Positions 32,158-42,380 of a stretch of DNA of 64,000 bases are shown piece by piece. This stretch comes from an uncultured cyanobacterium (lineage in GTDB: Bacteria; Cyanobacteriota; Cyanobacteriia; CAKZMO01): positions 448,001 to 512,000 of the forward strand of contig CAVRCJ010000010.1 in assembly GCA_963719515.1 (NCBI GenBank), in the 5' to 3' direction. Within the stretch, counting starts at the first letter, position 1, and every line of letters starts with the position of its first letter. The position numbers and the translations under genes were made by a program. The notes below the pieces were generated by a model. It was given only the letters and a program-made list of their open reading frames with translations. It was not told the origin of the DNA and ran no database searches.

Positions 32158-32230
32158 TGGAGCTAAGCGGATTCGAACCGCTGACTTCCTCAATGCCATT
32201 GAGGCGCTCTACCAACTGAGCTATAGCCCC
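32158..32230 (-). tRNA. trnA: tRNA-Ala(GGC), CCA not encoded
   Basis: GGGGCTATAGCTCAGTTGGTAGAGCGCCTCAATGGCATTGAGGAAGTCAGCGGTTCGAATCCGCTTAGCTCCA; G3:U70 pair. Confidence 0.97.
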
Positions 32231-32381
32231 GCGTCAACCATACTGCCCTCAGACCCGGACTCGAGTCAAGCGCGATCTCGATATTAACACCCCTATTCCA
32301 CCTACGACATAAATCGCGCTAGAGTTCTTTAGGTTCCCTCAACGCAACCGGTACCTCCTCAGCACTTACGACGGCACCCCC

Positions 32382-33515
32382 ATGACCTCCCCAGAGAACA
32401 CCGCAGATAGCCCCGCGCAGGACTTCTCAGCTCCGCCTCCAACCGATACGCCCCCTGCTGACGCCAGCATAGACGTCGACGCCCTTATTCAGGTGATGCG
32501 CCGCAAAGAAGGCAACTGGATTGGCTGGGCCACCGCTGCTCAGCAGCTGCAAAAGGCCGGGTACAACCCGCAGAAAATCTTCGAGGCCACCGGATTTGAG
32601 CCTATCCAGCAAAATCAAATTACCGTCGCTGCCCAGGTTTACAGCTCTCTTGAAGCCGCTGAGGTTTCCCCTGAGGTGCGATCGCGCTTCGAGATTCGGG
32701 GGAGCGACGCCCTCTACGAGCTGCGCATCCTCAATCAGGCTGAGCGGGCCTCCACCGCCGCCCTAATCTACCGCCACAACGCCGACTCTACCGCCGCCCA
32801 CGAATTCGCCAAAGCGGTGAGAGAATACGGTCGCCGCAGTAAACCGCCAGCGGGCTTCCAGCCCTTTGATCAAGCGCCCGGCGATGCCCTGGCTCACCAC
32901 TACTGGAAGCTCGCCCGTCAGCAGTCCAACCTCCAAGAGCGATCGCGGCTGATTGCTTCAGGGCTGCGCTACGCCGACTCCGATACCGCCCGGAAGCAGC
33001 TAGAGGAACTGCTCACCGACTTTTCTGTGGTGGCCCAGCGCAAAGCCCCGCTGCTGCCCGTCTACCGCCTCGACTCTGAAGAGCAGATGCCCCGCGTGCT
33101 CCCCGTGGTGGGCCAGCTACCCCTCTCGGTGGAAGACCTCAAAGCTGTTCCGCTGGTGGACGAAGAAGGGCCATTCAAGTTTGTCAAGCATTCTGGCACC
33201 GCCGCCTGGGTTGCCCTACCGGGCTGGCAGGTGCTGTTGCTGGCCGAAGACCCGGTGGTGTTGATCACCCGGAGCGATCGCCTGCCTACGGAAATGCCGC
33301 CGCCGGTAGAGTCGGTGCTACTTGTGGTAGACCGAGCCAGCCGCGACTGGACGCCGGACAGCTACTTCATTACGGCTCAGGGCGACCAGGTAGAGGTGGC
33401 TTGGTTTGGCGAAGCGCCCTCTGCGCCGCTGCTGGGCCGGATGATTTTGGTGCTGCGGCCTAAGAAGGTGCTGGATGAGGAGTTCGTCAAAGACCCCTGG
33501 CAGTTTGAGGAGTAG
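32382..33515 (+). CDS. raf1: RuBisCO accumulation factor 1
   Basis: RRKEGNW, IFEATGFEPIQQNQ, WVALPGW, C-terminal LRPKKVLDE...WQFEE. Confidence 0.92.
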   Translation: MTSPENTADSPAQDFSAPPPTDTPPADASIDVDALIQVMRRKEGNWIGWATAAQQLQKAGYNPQKIFEATGFEPIQQNQITVAAQVYSSLEAAEVSPEVRSRFEIRGSDALYELRILNQAERASTAALIYRHNADSTAAHEFAKAVREYGRRSKPPAGFQPFDQAPGDALAHHYWKLARQQSNLQERSRLIASGLRYADSDTARKQLEELLTDFSVVAQRKAPLLPVYRLDSEEQMPRVLPVVGQLPLSVEDLKAVPLVDEEGPFKFVKHSGTAAWVALPGWQVLLLAEDPVVLITRSDRLPTEMPPPVESVLLVVDRASRDWTPDSYFITAQGDQVEVAWFGEAPSAPLLGRMILVLRPKKVLDEEFVKDPWQFEE

Positions 33516-33516
33516 T

Positions 33517-34263
33517 CTACAGCGCCTTCTCTTTAGAGACCAACCAATCGGGAATATATTGCCATCCCTCCTTCAGCTGGCAGTCTAACGTCCTGTAGTC
33601 AGGCTCCCACTGCTCCACAAGCGCCCAGAAGGCAGCCGAATGGTTGAGATGCATCGTGTGGCACAGCTCATGGACAAGCACGTAGCGCACCAGCGGGGGC
33701 GGCAGAAACAGGAGCTTGTCATTGAGGCTGATGGAATGGCGACTCGAGCAGCTCGCCCAGCGAGTCTTTTGGCGACGCAGGGTGGCCCTGCTGTAGGGGA
33801 GCTGAATCTCCTGGCTGACCTGGTCTAGCCAGGGCACTAGGTGTTGCTTTGCCGTGGGCCTAATCCAGGCCTGGAGCGCTCTTTGACAAGCAACAACCTG
33901 GTGAATGGGGCCATAGAGCTGCAGGCGATCGGGCGTCGCGCGCACCTCAATGCGATCGCCGGCTGCGGGTTGATAGTCCACTTGCCACGAGCGGCCCAAC
34001 GCCCTCAAAAAAATGTAGGCGGGCTGGGCTTGCCGGGTTTCTGGCGATCGCCCTTGGTGGGCCGTTGTCATACGCCGCTGGGTTTTCTCAATCCAGCTTT
34101 GCTTGTCGCGCAGAAATTGGGCCAAGCGGTCGCGCCGGTAACCCCGAGGGACCACCACTTCCACCTCTCCCCGGGTCGAGACTTGCACCTTGATCCGCCG
34201 CGAGCGATCGCTTTCTCGTACAGAATAGCCTTGGATGGTGTAGGGTTTAGTCTTAGACGCCAC
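33517..34263 (-). CDS. M48/YgjP (DUF45) metallopeptidase-like protein
   Basis: RWASCS, YVLVHELCH, NHSAAFW. Confidence 0.88.
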   Translation of the reverse strand: MASKTKPYTIQGYSVRESDRSRRIKVQVSTRGEVEVVVPRGYRRDRLAQFLRDKQSWIEKTQRRMTTAHQGRSPETRQAQPAYIFLRALGRSWQVDYQPAAGDRIEVRATPDRLQLYGPIHQVVACQRALQAWIRPTAKQHLVPWLDQVSQEIQLPYSRATLRRQKTRWASCSSRHSISLNDKLLFLPPPLVRYVLVHELCHTMHLNHSAAFWALVEQWEPDYRTLDCQLKEGWQYIPDWLVSKEKAL

Positions 34264-34306
34264 GGGCCACCAGAATCGTTTGATGCGAGCCGAGTAAACC
34301 GACGCG

Positions 34307-35302
34307 ATGACGCTAGCCGACTCATCTTGGAATCACCGCCATCTGCTGTCGCTACAGGATCTAACTCCAGCAGACTATGACGTTGTGCTTCAGACAACGT
34401 CTACCTTCCAAGATATCTTGTCTCGGCCCACCAAGAAGGTTCCGGCCCTGCAGGGTCAGGTCGTCACTAACCTATTTTTTGAGCCTTCCACCCGCACCCG
34501 CAGCAGCTTTGAGCTAGCCGCAAAGCGCCTGTCTGCCGATACTCTAAACTTTTCCCCCGGCAGCTCGTCCCTGTCTAAGGGAGAAACCATTTTAGACACC
34601 GCCAAAACCTACTTGGCCATGGGCGCGAACCTGATGGTGGTTCGCCATCGGCAGGCGGGGGTGCCCCTGGCGATCGCCCAAGAAATGGACCGGCTTCACT
34701 CTGGCGTGGCGGTGCTGAATGCGGGGGACGGCTTACATGCCCATCCTTCCCAAGCGCTGCTCGATTTGTTTACCCTCTGCACGCAGCTCAACCCGGAGCA
34801 GCCGCAGTTCGCGGATTTGGCGGATAAGAAGATTGCCATTGTCGGAGACATCCTGCATTCGCGGGTGGCGCGCTCTAACCTTTGGAGCCTCACCGCCAGC
34901 GGGGCTGAGGTCCATTTGGCAGGGCCACCGACCCTACTGCCGCGCCACTTTGCGCAGTTCTGCGACGGCAGCCCCCTCCCCCGCCGACTCAAGGTCCACT
35001 GGCAGCTCGACCCAGCTCTCAGGGATGCCGATTTCGTGATGACGCTGCGGCTTCAGCAAGAGCGCATGACCCATCACCTGCTGCCCAGCCTCCGGGAGTA
35101 TCACCAGCAGTTCGGCGTCACCCGCGATCGCCTTCAGGCCTGTCGTCCTTCGGTTAAGGTGCTGCACCCGGGACCGGCCAACCGGGGGGTAGAAATCACC
35201 TCTGACGTGACGGACGATCCGGATATCAGCCTGGTTCCCCAGCAGGTGACCAATGGCGTAGCGGTGCGGATGGCGCTGCTGTATTTGTTAGGGGCGGGAT
35301 AA
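34307..35302 (+). CDS. pyrB: Aspartate carbamoyltransferase catalytic subunit
   Basis: [36 protein letters not shown]. Confidence 0.96.
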   Translation: MTLADSSWNHRHLLSLQDLTPADYDVVLQTTSTFQDILSRPTKKVPALQGQVVTNLFFEPSTRTRSSFELAAKRLSADTLNFSPGSSSLSKGETILDTAKTYLAMGANLMVVRHRQAGVPLAIAQEMDRLHSGVAVLNAGDGLHAHPSQALLDLFTLCTQLNPEQPQFADLADKKIAIVGDILHSRVARSNLWSLTASGAEVHLAGPPTLLPRHFAQFCDGSPLPRRLKVHWQLDPALRDADFVMTLRLQQERMTHHLLPSLREYHQQFGVTRDRLQACRPSVKVLHPGPANRGVEITSDVTDDPDISLVPQQVTNGVAVRMALLYLLGAG

Positions 35303-35303
35303 G

Positions 35304-36032
35304 CTAGGGGCGCGATAAGCTAGGGCAAATGCCCTCGAAAATCACGTTGTCGGCATGCTGCATGGCCTTGTCGTAATCCGCCTGCGATCGCACCGTCCAG
35401 GCCACTACCGGCTGCTGGAGCAGGGCCTGGGTCAGCGGTACCGATAGGGCCGGGAGCGCCCTTAGGTCGTAGCCGATAAACTGCGGGTCGCCAGCCCACG
35501 TCAAGCTCAGCAGCTTTTTGTGTCCCGCCAGCGCTTCCCTCTCAAGGCCGCTAGAGAGCTGGCCCCGCGCTATCTCGGGTCTATTCTCCTTGAACCAGGC
35601 TAGGGCATTGGGGTTAAAAGACTGAATTGCGCAGTCCCCTGAGTAGGCCGCAAGCAGCTCCGCTAGCGCCGGCTCCATCGCCCCCGCGGCGTCCTCGTTC
35701 TTAATCTCAATGAGGACCGGAACCCGTCCTCCAATCAGCGACAGCGTCTCCTCTAATAGGGGAACCCGCTGCTCGGTTTCCAGCAGCGTCAGCCGCCTCA
35801 CGCTTTCAGACGTCTGCTCAAAAATGCTGCCCTCTCGCCCCGTCAGCCGCGTTAAATCCTGGTCGTGAAAGACGGCCAGCTGACCGTCGGCCAAGCGCTG
35901 AATGTCGAGCTCTATGGCATAGCCCTGGGCGATCGCCGCCTCAAAAGCCACCAGCGAGTTTTCTGGTTTGCCGGGGCTGTGTAGTCCCCGGTGGGCGATG
36001 GGTCGTTGAGAGATCCACGGAGGACACGTCAT
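35304..36032 (-). CDS. Glycerophosphodiester phosphodiesterase
   Basis: IAHRG, PENS, IELD, VFHD, IEIK. Confidence 0.9.
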   Translation of the reverse strand: MTCPPWISQRPIAHRGLHSPGKPENSLVAFEAAIAQGYAIELDIQRLADGQLAVFHDQDLTRLTGREGSIFEQTSESVRRLTLLETEQRVPLLEETLSLIGGRVPVLIEIKNEDAAGAMEPALAELLAAYSGDCAIQSFNPNALAWFKENRPEIARGQLSSGLEREALAGHKKLLSLTWAGDPQFIGYDLRALPALSVPLTQALLQQPVVAWTVRSQADYDKAMQHADNVIFEGICPSLSRP

Positions 36033-36104
36033 GTCGCGCTGATCCTGTTGAGTAGGCTGATTCGCTGAGCCGATCCACCAAATCATAGCGAACTGCCGCT
36101 GCAA

Positions 36105-37658
36105 CTACGGCGTGCGCTCTTTCAAAAAATAGGTCTCCACTTCCCCTAGACCCTGCACATCGATGACGCCGCGCGGCTCTAGAATAAACTCATTTTTGAG
36201 CTGCTCGTACAGGCGGCGTGGAACCTGGATTTTACCCGGCAGACTGGTTTCCTCCATGCGGCTAGCCAGATTGACGGTATGTCCCCAGAGGTCGTAGGCA
36301 AACTTCGAGGTGCCAATGACCCCGGCGGTCACCGACCCCGCATTGATCCCAATGCGGAGCTGAAAGGGGGTACCATCGGGCTGAATAAAATGCTGAATCG
36401 TTGTCTGCATGTCGAGGGCTAGGTGGGCGATCGCCTGCATGTGGTCCGGGCGGGGTAGCGGCACCCCAGCCGCCACCATATAGGCGTCGCCAATAGTCTT
36501 AATTTTCTCTAGCTTGTAGGTTTCGACCAGCTGGTCGAAGGTGGAAAAAATCTGGTTGAGCAGCTGAACCAGCTCTTTGGGCGACAGATAGGTGGAGACT
36601 TCGGTGAAGTTGACCAAGTCAGCAAACAACACGCTCACCTGATCTGAATTATCAGCAATGGTATGCGTTCCAGCCTTTAGCCGCTGAGCGATGGTTTGGG
36701 GCAGCACGTTAATTAGCAGTCGCTCAGACTGAAAGCGCTGCCGCCGGATCTCTAGCTCAATCTGCCGCCGCTCGGTGATATCTTGCACGGTGCCTTCGTA
36801 GAAACAAAGCTCACCTGAGGTGTCCGTGACGGCCCGAATCGTCTCGTTAATCCAGATGGTGCTGCCGTCTTTTTGATAAATCTCAGATTCAGCGTTAGCA
36901 ATTTCACCATAGCGGCGCAGGTAGGCGGCCAGCTCGTAGCGACGCTTGGGGTGTACGTAGAGCTGGTGGTCAATGTCGGTAATTGTCTCCATGAGCTCCT
37001 CTGGTGAGGAATAGCCGCAGATGTCGGCCATCGCTGGATTGGCTGCAATATAGTGGCCGTCAGGGGTGAGCTGAAAGATTCCCTCACTGGCGTTCTCAAA
37101 TAGGCTGCGATACTTGGCTTCCGCTTTTCTGAGACTTGCCTCTACTGTTCTGCGCTTTTGGTTCTCAACATGAAGCTCCGCATTCCGCGCCTGCAGTTCC
37201 TCAGTCTGGCTATGGAGCTGCTGCTGCATCAAATGAAGCTTGATTTGGGTGCTCACTCGGACAAGCACTTCATCGGCATGAAAGGGTTTTGTTATGTAGT
37301 CAACCCCTCCAAGCTCGAACGCTCTAATTTTGTTTGAGACCTCGCCTAACGCGCTTAAAAAGATGACGGGGATCGCCTGAGTTTTAGGATTATCTTTAAG
37401 CTGTTGACAGACCATATACCCATCCATTACGGGCATGCTGATGTCTAGCAAAACCAGGTCGGGAGGAGAGAGAAACGCCGTTTGGATGGCGAGCTGACCA
37501 CTGACGGCTTTGCGAACCCGGTACCCCTCTGCCTCTAAGATTCTGGCGAGGACCTGAATGTTGTCAGGAACGTCATCGACGATGAGAATCGTCCCGGAGG
37601 GGGGTGAGGCAGCTTTCTCAAAAAGAGCATTCATGGAAGATATTGCGGCCATCGTCAT
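36105..37658 (-). CDS. Receiver-PAS-class III adenylate/guanylate cyclase
   Basis: REC (LIVDD, LLDISMP), PAS, VLFADLVNFT, KTIGDAYM, YDLWGHTVNLASRME. Confidence 0.93.
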   Translation of the reverse strand: MTMAAISSMNALFEKAASPPSGTILIVDDVPDNIQVLARILEAEGYRVRKAVSGQLAIQTAFLSPPDLVLLDISMPVMDGYMVCQQLKDNPKTQAIPVIFLSALGEVSNKIRAFELGGVDYITKPFHADEVLVRVSTQIKLHLMQQQLHSQTEELQARNAELHVENQKRRTVEASLRKAEAKYRSLFENASEGIFQLTPDGHYIAANPAMADICGYSSPEELMETITDIDHQLYVHPKRRYELAAYLRRYGEIANAESEIYQKDGSTIWINETIRAVTDTSGELCFYEGTVQDITERRQIELEIRRQRFQSERLLINVLPQTIAQRLKAGTHTIADNSDQVSVLFADLVNFTEVSTYLSPKELVQLLNQIFSTFDQLVETYKLEKIKTIGDAYMVAAGVPLPRPDHMQAIAHLALDMQTTIQHFIQPDGTPFQLRIGINAGSVTAGVIGTSKFAYDLWGHTVNLASRMEETSLPGKIQVPRRLYEQLKNEFILEPRGVIDVQGLGEVETYFLKERTP

Positions 37659-38008
37659 CGGGCTAGACTGGTGTGTTGTTGCTCAGACGCAGCAGGTTCC
37701 GGTGATGGGTCAGACCCCTCGCGAGACGCTACTATTCTATCGAGGGGTATGCGAGAGCTTGATAAAACTGGCTAGGTTTGATCAATGTCTTTACATTGGA
37801 CCTGGGTCGATTCAACGCAAGTTTGTATCAGCTTTCGATACTTCTGGTGTCCCTGTAGCTGAGTACAGCGGTATAAAGGCGTATTCCGGTCAAATTCGGC
37901 CAAATTTATTGAGCAGGCGCTCTGTGGCGATTGCTCTCTACCCCTAACGGCGTCCCAGCTCGCGGTCTACCTTCAAGGTATCTCACCAGCCCTAAGATCA
38001 ATCCTCCG

Positions 38009-41000
38009 CTAGCGGGCCGCCGAAGGGTTGTGCAAATCCTCCAGGACTACAGACGTTGCGGTGATAATCGGCTCGAAGTCAAAGCAGGCTACGAGGGTTT
38101 TGAGCGCTCTTGCAAGGTTGGGCTGCTCCGCCGGAATGGCTTGAAGCAGCTCGCTAATCTGGTGGTCATCGCAGTGGGAGGCGGCTTGATGGAGCGAGAG
38201 GAGCCACGGTTGAGACATTGCGGCTAGGTCCGCTTCGTAGAGAGGCGATCGCGTATCGCAGTGCTGGGCAAAGCCATCCTCATCGCCGAAGGACTGGTAA
38301 ACATAGGCTACGCCAAGCCAGCTCGACAGCTGCTCTAGCAGGGTCGTTTCTCGCACCGGCTTGCACAAAAAGCTATCACAGCCTGCCTCTGCCGCCGCCT
38401 CGTGAACGCTCACCATGGTGCTGGCCGTGAGGGCGAGAATTCTGGGATACACCGCGTTGCGATCGCTCGAGCGGGCCTGAGCCCTCTGCTTAATTCGGCG
38501 GGTGGCTTCGTAGCCATCCATCACCGGCATCCGCAAATCCATCAGGATTAGGTGAGGCTGCCACGTCTCATAGGCTGCGATCGCGGCCTTTCCATGCTCG
38601 GCATCCTGCACCTCAAATCCTATATTCTGCAAGAGTTGGACCAGCAGCTGACGGCTCTCGGGCAGGTCATCGACAACCAAAATTCGCGGCGGCGGTTGTT
38701 CTGTAGATAGATGGGCGATCATCCGGTTGCTGATAGTTTCTGAAATATAGACGGCCTCCGCAGTCCCAACGGGTAAGGCTACGGTGAAGGCGGCTCCCTG
38801 TCCGAGGGTGCTCTTCACCGTGATGCGTCCTGCCATCAGCTCTACAAACTGACGACTAATAGTCAGTCCCAGCCCCGTTCCCTCGATAACGCTTTGACTA
38901 TCGCGGGCCTGCTCGAAGGCGTCAAATATAGTGTCTTGATTTGCGTCAGGAATCCCGATGCCCGTGTCGACGACGCTAAACGATAGCCACAGTCGACCTG
39001 TCAGCTCGTGATTGGATAGAGCCGATACCGTTTTTTGGCCAGAGCGACGAGGGGGTGGCAAATTGCTTGGGTTATAGCCAATAACCGACACCTTCAGCCA
39101 GACACGACCGCTTTCGGTGAACTTGATCGCGTTGCCCAACAAATTGATCAAAATTTGTCTCAGCTTGCTTTGGTCAGCGGTAACAAAAGAGGGAATGCCC
39201 GCATCGATGTCGAGATGTAGGGTCAATCCTTTCGCTTGAGCCCGGTGGTCGAGCATGGCTCGGATTGTCTCTAGCAGCTCGATTAGATTAAAACTTCCCT
39301 CGCTGAGAGCCATCCGGTTGGCTTCAATCTTGGACAGGTCGAGTACGTTATTGATGAGCGACATCAAATGCTCGCTGCTGCGAAGGACCGTGCTGAGAGT
39401 ATCCTGCTGCTGAACCGGCATCTCTGGATCTCGGCGCATTACCTGGGCAAGTCCGACAATGATGTTGAGTGGCGTGCGCAGCTCGTGGTTCATGTTGGCA
39501 AGGAATTCGCTCTTTGCCCGATTGGCCGCAACTGCCGTCTCTTTAGCTTTTTGGAGCTGTAGCGATTTCTCCTTAATTTGAGAATACAGTTCAGCCTGCT
39601 TGACCGCGACACCAAGCTGTGAGGCAATTTGCACGAGGGTGTTGACCTCGATGTCCTGCCACTGACGCACATCTGAGTTGTTGTAAACCGACAGCAGCCC
39701 CCAGAGCAGGTCGCCTCGAAAGATTGGCACGGTGATGTAGGCCCGCGCCTGAATTTGCCCTAGAAACCGACGGTGTTCTGGTTCAAGGGCTGCGGTGTCG
39801 ATGTCGTTAACGCAGGACAGCTGGACGTCATACTGCGATCCGACATTGCTTCCCGACGAGGTCTGGACCGTATCGAACAGCGTCTTGAGACAGATGTCTT
39901 CGAGACAGATGTCTTCGATCTGAAGGTGGGCGAGAGACGGCTGATCGGTAGAGTGGCGCGCCAGGGTCTGAACCATGCTGCTCGCCTGCGAGCCGTCACT
40001 CTTACGAGAATTGCCCTCATCCGCATCTTGATGCTGAGTAAAAGGCAGTAAAGCGGGCCAGGATGCATCTACGGACTCTGCGACAAACTTACACTGCGGC
40101 CGCTTACTAAACCGATAGATCAATACGCGATCGCAGTTGAGGATTTGGCGAACTTCGCGCACTGTGGTGCTGAAAATCTGCTCAATTCTCAAAGTTCTAC
40201 GAATATGCTCAATGATACGAGCGATCGCCTTCTCTCTCTCTAATCCCTGCCTCAACTTCAGCTCTGTCCGCTTCCGCTCGCTGATATTGCGCACCATGAC
40301 GAGAACTTCATCCCGGTTGTAGGGCGTGATGCGGGCCTCTTCGTACTGAATTTCACCCCCAATCTGTAGCGCATATTCGTAGCTGTAGGTCTGCCCCTCT
40401 AGCAGCGCGGTTTGGATGTACGCCATGCGCTCATCGGCGTGGGCTTTGGGCAAAACGTCGTAAATTGTTTGCCCTTCTTTCATCTTCTTTGTGTTACAGA
40501 GTTGAACGTTGCCGCTGTGCTGAATGTAGAGATAGGTTCCATCCCGGTGCATCCGAATCAGCAGGTCCGGAATTGCCCGCAGCAAAATCTGATTTGCGCC
40601 CTCGCTGCGCTGTAGCGCCAGCGTTCTCTCTGCAACTTTGTCCTCAAGCTCGCGGCTATAGCGGGCAATAATATTTTCAGCCTGTCGCCGTTCTGTGATG
40701 TCTTGAAAAACGCTGATAGCGCTAGTAATAAGGCCTTGATCGTTTCGAACCGGAATAGCTTGGATCTCAAACGCCGCCACCTTGCCAGGCAGTCGCTGCT
40801 CGATATCTGTGATGGTGCAGGCATTGCCCTGAATAGCCTGTAGTGCCGGCAGATCTTCTGCCGGATAGAGTTCACCGTCCGTCCGATACAGCTGACAAAT
40901 TTCCGGAAGCGCGCTCAGCGGCACATCCGAAATTTTCTCGACGGACAGCAGCGATTTACATTTTTGGTTGATATAGGCAACGTGACCATTGTTGTCATAA

Positions 41001-42217
41001 AGGGCTACGCCCATGGGCAAGTTGTCTAAGATTTGCCAGAGCCTTGCCTCACTCTCTTCCCAAGCTAAAAGTGAGGTCTGCAGCTGAATAGAGATTTGGT
41101 GGAGAGAACCTGCTAGGTCGTCAAGCTCGCGCAGCCGAAAGGTGGGACGAGCCCAGTTGCCGCCCTGAATCAGCTCGTGAGTAGACTCAGTTAGCTCGCT
41201 GAGAGGACGAGTAATCCACTGCGCCATTAGCAGGCCAGTCAGCCCGGAAATAAGCGATGCGACACCCGTCAACCCTAGAAAGGTTGCGATCGGAATTTTG
41301 ACGGGCAGCGCGTCGGGGGTTCGGGAGATGGGCAGGGTCAGGATAATTTGCCAGGCTGAAGCCGAGGGACGCGAGGGGGAAAGCGAGAGAATGTAGCGAT
41401 CGCCTCGAGCTGTCGTAGATTTTTCTGGAGGAAGTGGGAGAGAAGGGGGTGGGGAGAAGCTCTCCATCGCGGCCTGTGATGCGGTGGGCGATGTCTGACT
41501 CAGGGCAGCATTCTGCGACGGCCAAAGCCGAGACGAGACCTGTTGACCGTAGGCAACCCAAGCTTCTGTCCCTGGGCGAACTTCGTCCAGCGAGGCCTGC
41601 AGCGCTGTGAGCGGAACCTGCAGCGCAACAGCTCCAGAATTCGAGAGCGGGGCGACGCTCAGTATCGCCTCTGGGGTCACCCAAACTGTGACGTCGCCGC
41701 TGGTCTGGGCGCTGGTCTGAGCGCTGGCCCATTCCTCAAGAGGGCCTGTTTCGGCTTCTTCCGGGCTAGATTGAGGCCCGGGTTGGAGGGTGACGGTGCT
41801 GTGGGATGGAAGGCGGTCAAGCAGCTGCTGCCGGTAGCGCTGACCGGCGGTACTGTCCCAGTCGAGTAAGCCTAAGTCAACCGCAGCGGCGAGGGTGACC
41901 GCGCTCTCCTGCGGCAGTGCTAGGTAGGCGTCTACCTTCTCCTGCAGGCGATCGCGAGTTTCCCGCAGAACGTACTGCGCTGTAGCTGCAGCCGTTTGCT
42001 GATGGTGGTGGTGGTAAAGATACCCCGACAGCCCAGCCATGCCAAAAATTTGCAGGGCGAATAAGCCGATTAGCACTAGCCGAATGGGTAAAGGGGGGAG
42101 CGGTAAAATCTTATTGAGCGAGCGACGCTGCGCCATTTCTTCTGAACAAAATGTTGCAGTCCGGGAACTCCGTAGAACTACCGTACTTCTACTGTTATAG
42201 GCGATCGCTTCGGGCAT
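38009..42217 (-). CDS. Hybrid sensor histidine kinase (TM-HAMP-PAS-PAS-GAF-HisKA-HATPase-REC); alternative start 42136
   Basis: FLANMNHELRTPL, NAIKFT, GTGLGL, LMDLRMP; CBCR-like GAF. Confidence 0.92.
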   Translation of the reverse strand: MPEAIAYNSRSTVVLRSSRTATFCSEEMAQRRSLNKILPLPPLPIRLVLIGLFALQIFGMAGLSGYLYHHHHQQTAAATAQYVLRETRDRLQEKVDAYLALPQESAVTLAAAVDLGLLDWDSTAGQRYRQQLLDRLPSHSTVTLQPGPQSSPEEAETGPLEEWASAQTSAQTSGDVTVWVTPEAILSVAPLSNSGAVALQVPLTALQASLDEVRPGTEAWVAYGQQVSSRLWPSQNAALSQTSPTASQAAMESFSPPPSLPLPPEKSTTARGDRYILSLSPSRPSASAWQIILTLPISRTPDALPVKIPIATFLGLTGVASLISGLTGLLMAQWITRPLSELTESTHELIQGGNWARPTFRLRELDDLAGSLHQISIQLQTSLLAWEESEARLWQILDNLPMGVALYDNNGHVAYINQKCKSLLSVEKISDVPLSALPEICQLYRTDGELYPAEDLPALQAIQGNACTITDIEQRLPGKVAAFEIQAIPVRNDQGLITSAISVFQDITERRQAENIIARYSRELEDKVAERTLALQRSEGANQILLRAIPDLLIRMHRDGTYLYIQHSGNVQLCNTKKMKEGQTIYDVLPKAHADERMAYIQTALLEGQTYSYEYALQIGGEIQYEEARITPYNRDEVLVMVRNISERKRTELKLRQGLEREKAIARIIEHIRRTLRIEQIFSTTVREVRQILNCDRVLIYRFSKRPQCKFVAESVDASWPALLPFTQHQDADEGNSRKSDGSQASSMVQTLARHSTDQPSLAHLQIEDICLEDICLKTLFDTVQTSSGSNVGSQYDVQLSCVNDIDTAALEPEHRRFLGQIQARAYITVPIFRGDLLWGLLSVYNNSDVRQWQDIEVNTLVQIASQLGVAVKQAELYSQIKEKSLQLQKAKETAVAANRAKSEFLANMNHELRTPLNIIVGLAQVMRRDPEMPVQQQDTLSTVLRSSEHLMSLINNVLDLSKIEANRMALSEGSFNLIELLETIRAMLDHRAQAKGLTLHLDIDAGIPSFVTADQSKLRQILINLLGNAIKFTESGRVWLKVSVIGYNPSNLPPPRRSGQKTVSALSNHELTGRLWLSFSVVDTGIGIPDANQDTIFDAFEQARDSQSVIEGTGLGLTISRQFVELMAGRITVKSTLGQGAAFTVALPVGTAEAVYISETISNRMIAHLSTEQPPPRILVVDDLPESRQLLVQLLQNIGFEVQDAEHGKAAIAAYETWQPHLILMDLRMPVMDGYEATRRIKQRAQARSSDRNAVYPRILALTASTMVSVHEAAAEAGCDSFLCKPVRETTLLEQLSSWLGVAYVYQSFGDEDGFAQHCDTRSPLYEADLAAMSQPWLLSLHQAASHCDDHQISELLQAIPAEQPNLARALKTLVACFDFEPIITATSVVLEDLHNPSAAR

Positions 42218-42380
42218 TGTCTGATGGAATCCCAGAGCTTTATAGAAGATATAGGAAGTGCCACTGTCCCTTTATCGAAGATGGCCCAGGAGCTTCCTTC
42301 CTAGGGACGAAGGATATGCCTCGCAATAGGGTATACAAGGGCCGCTTTAGACCAGGCCTCCAAGACCGCTGCTAGCGGGG

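Noticed and set aside
32158..32230. tRNA used as a prophage or island attachment site
   Set aside because: No integrase and no duplicated tRNA 3' end seen in the window.
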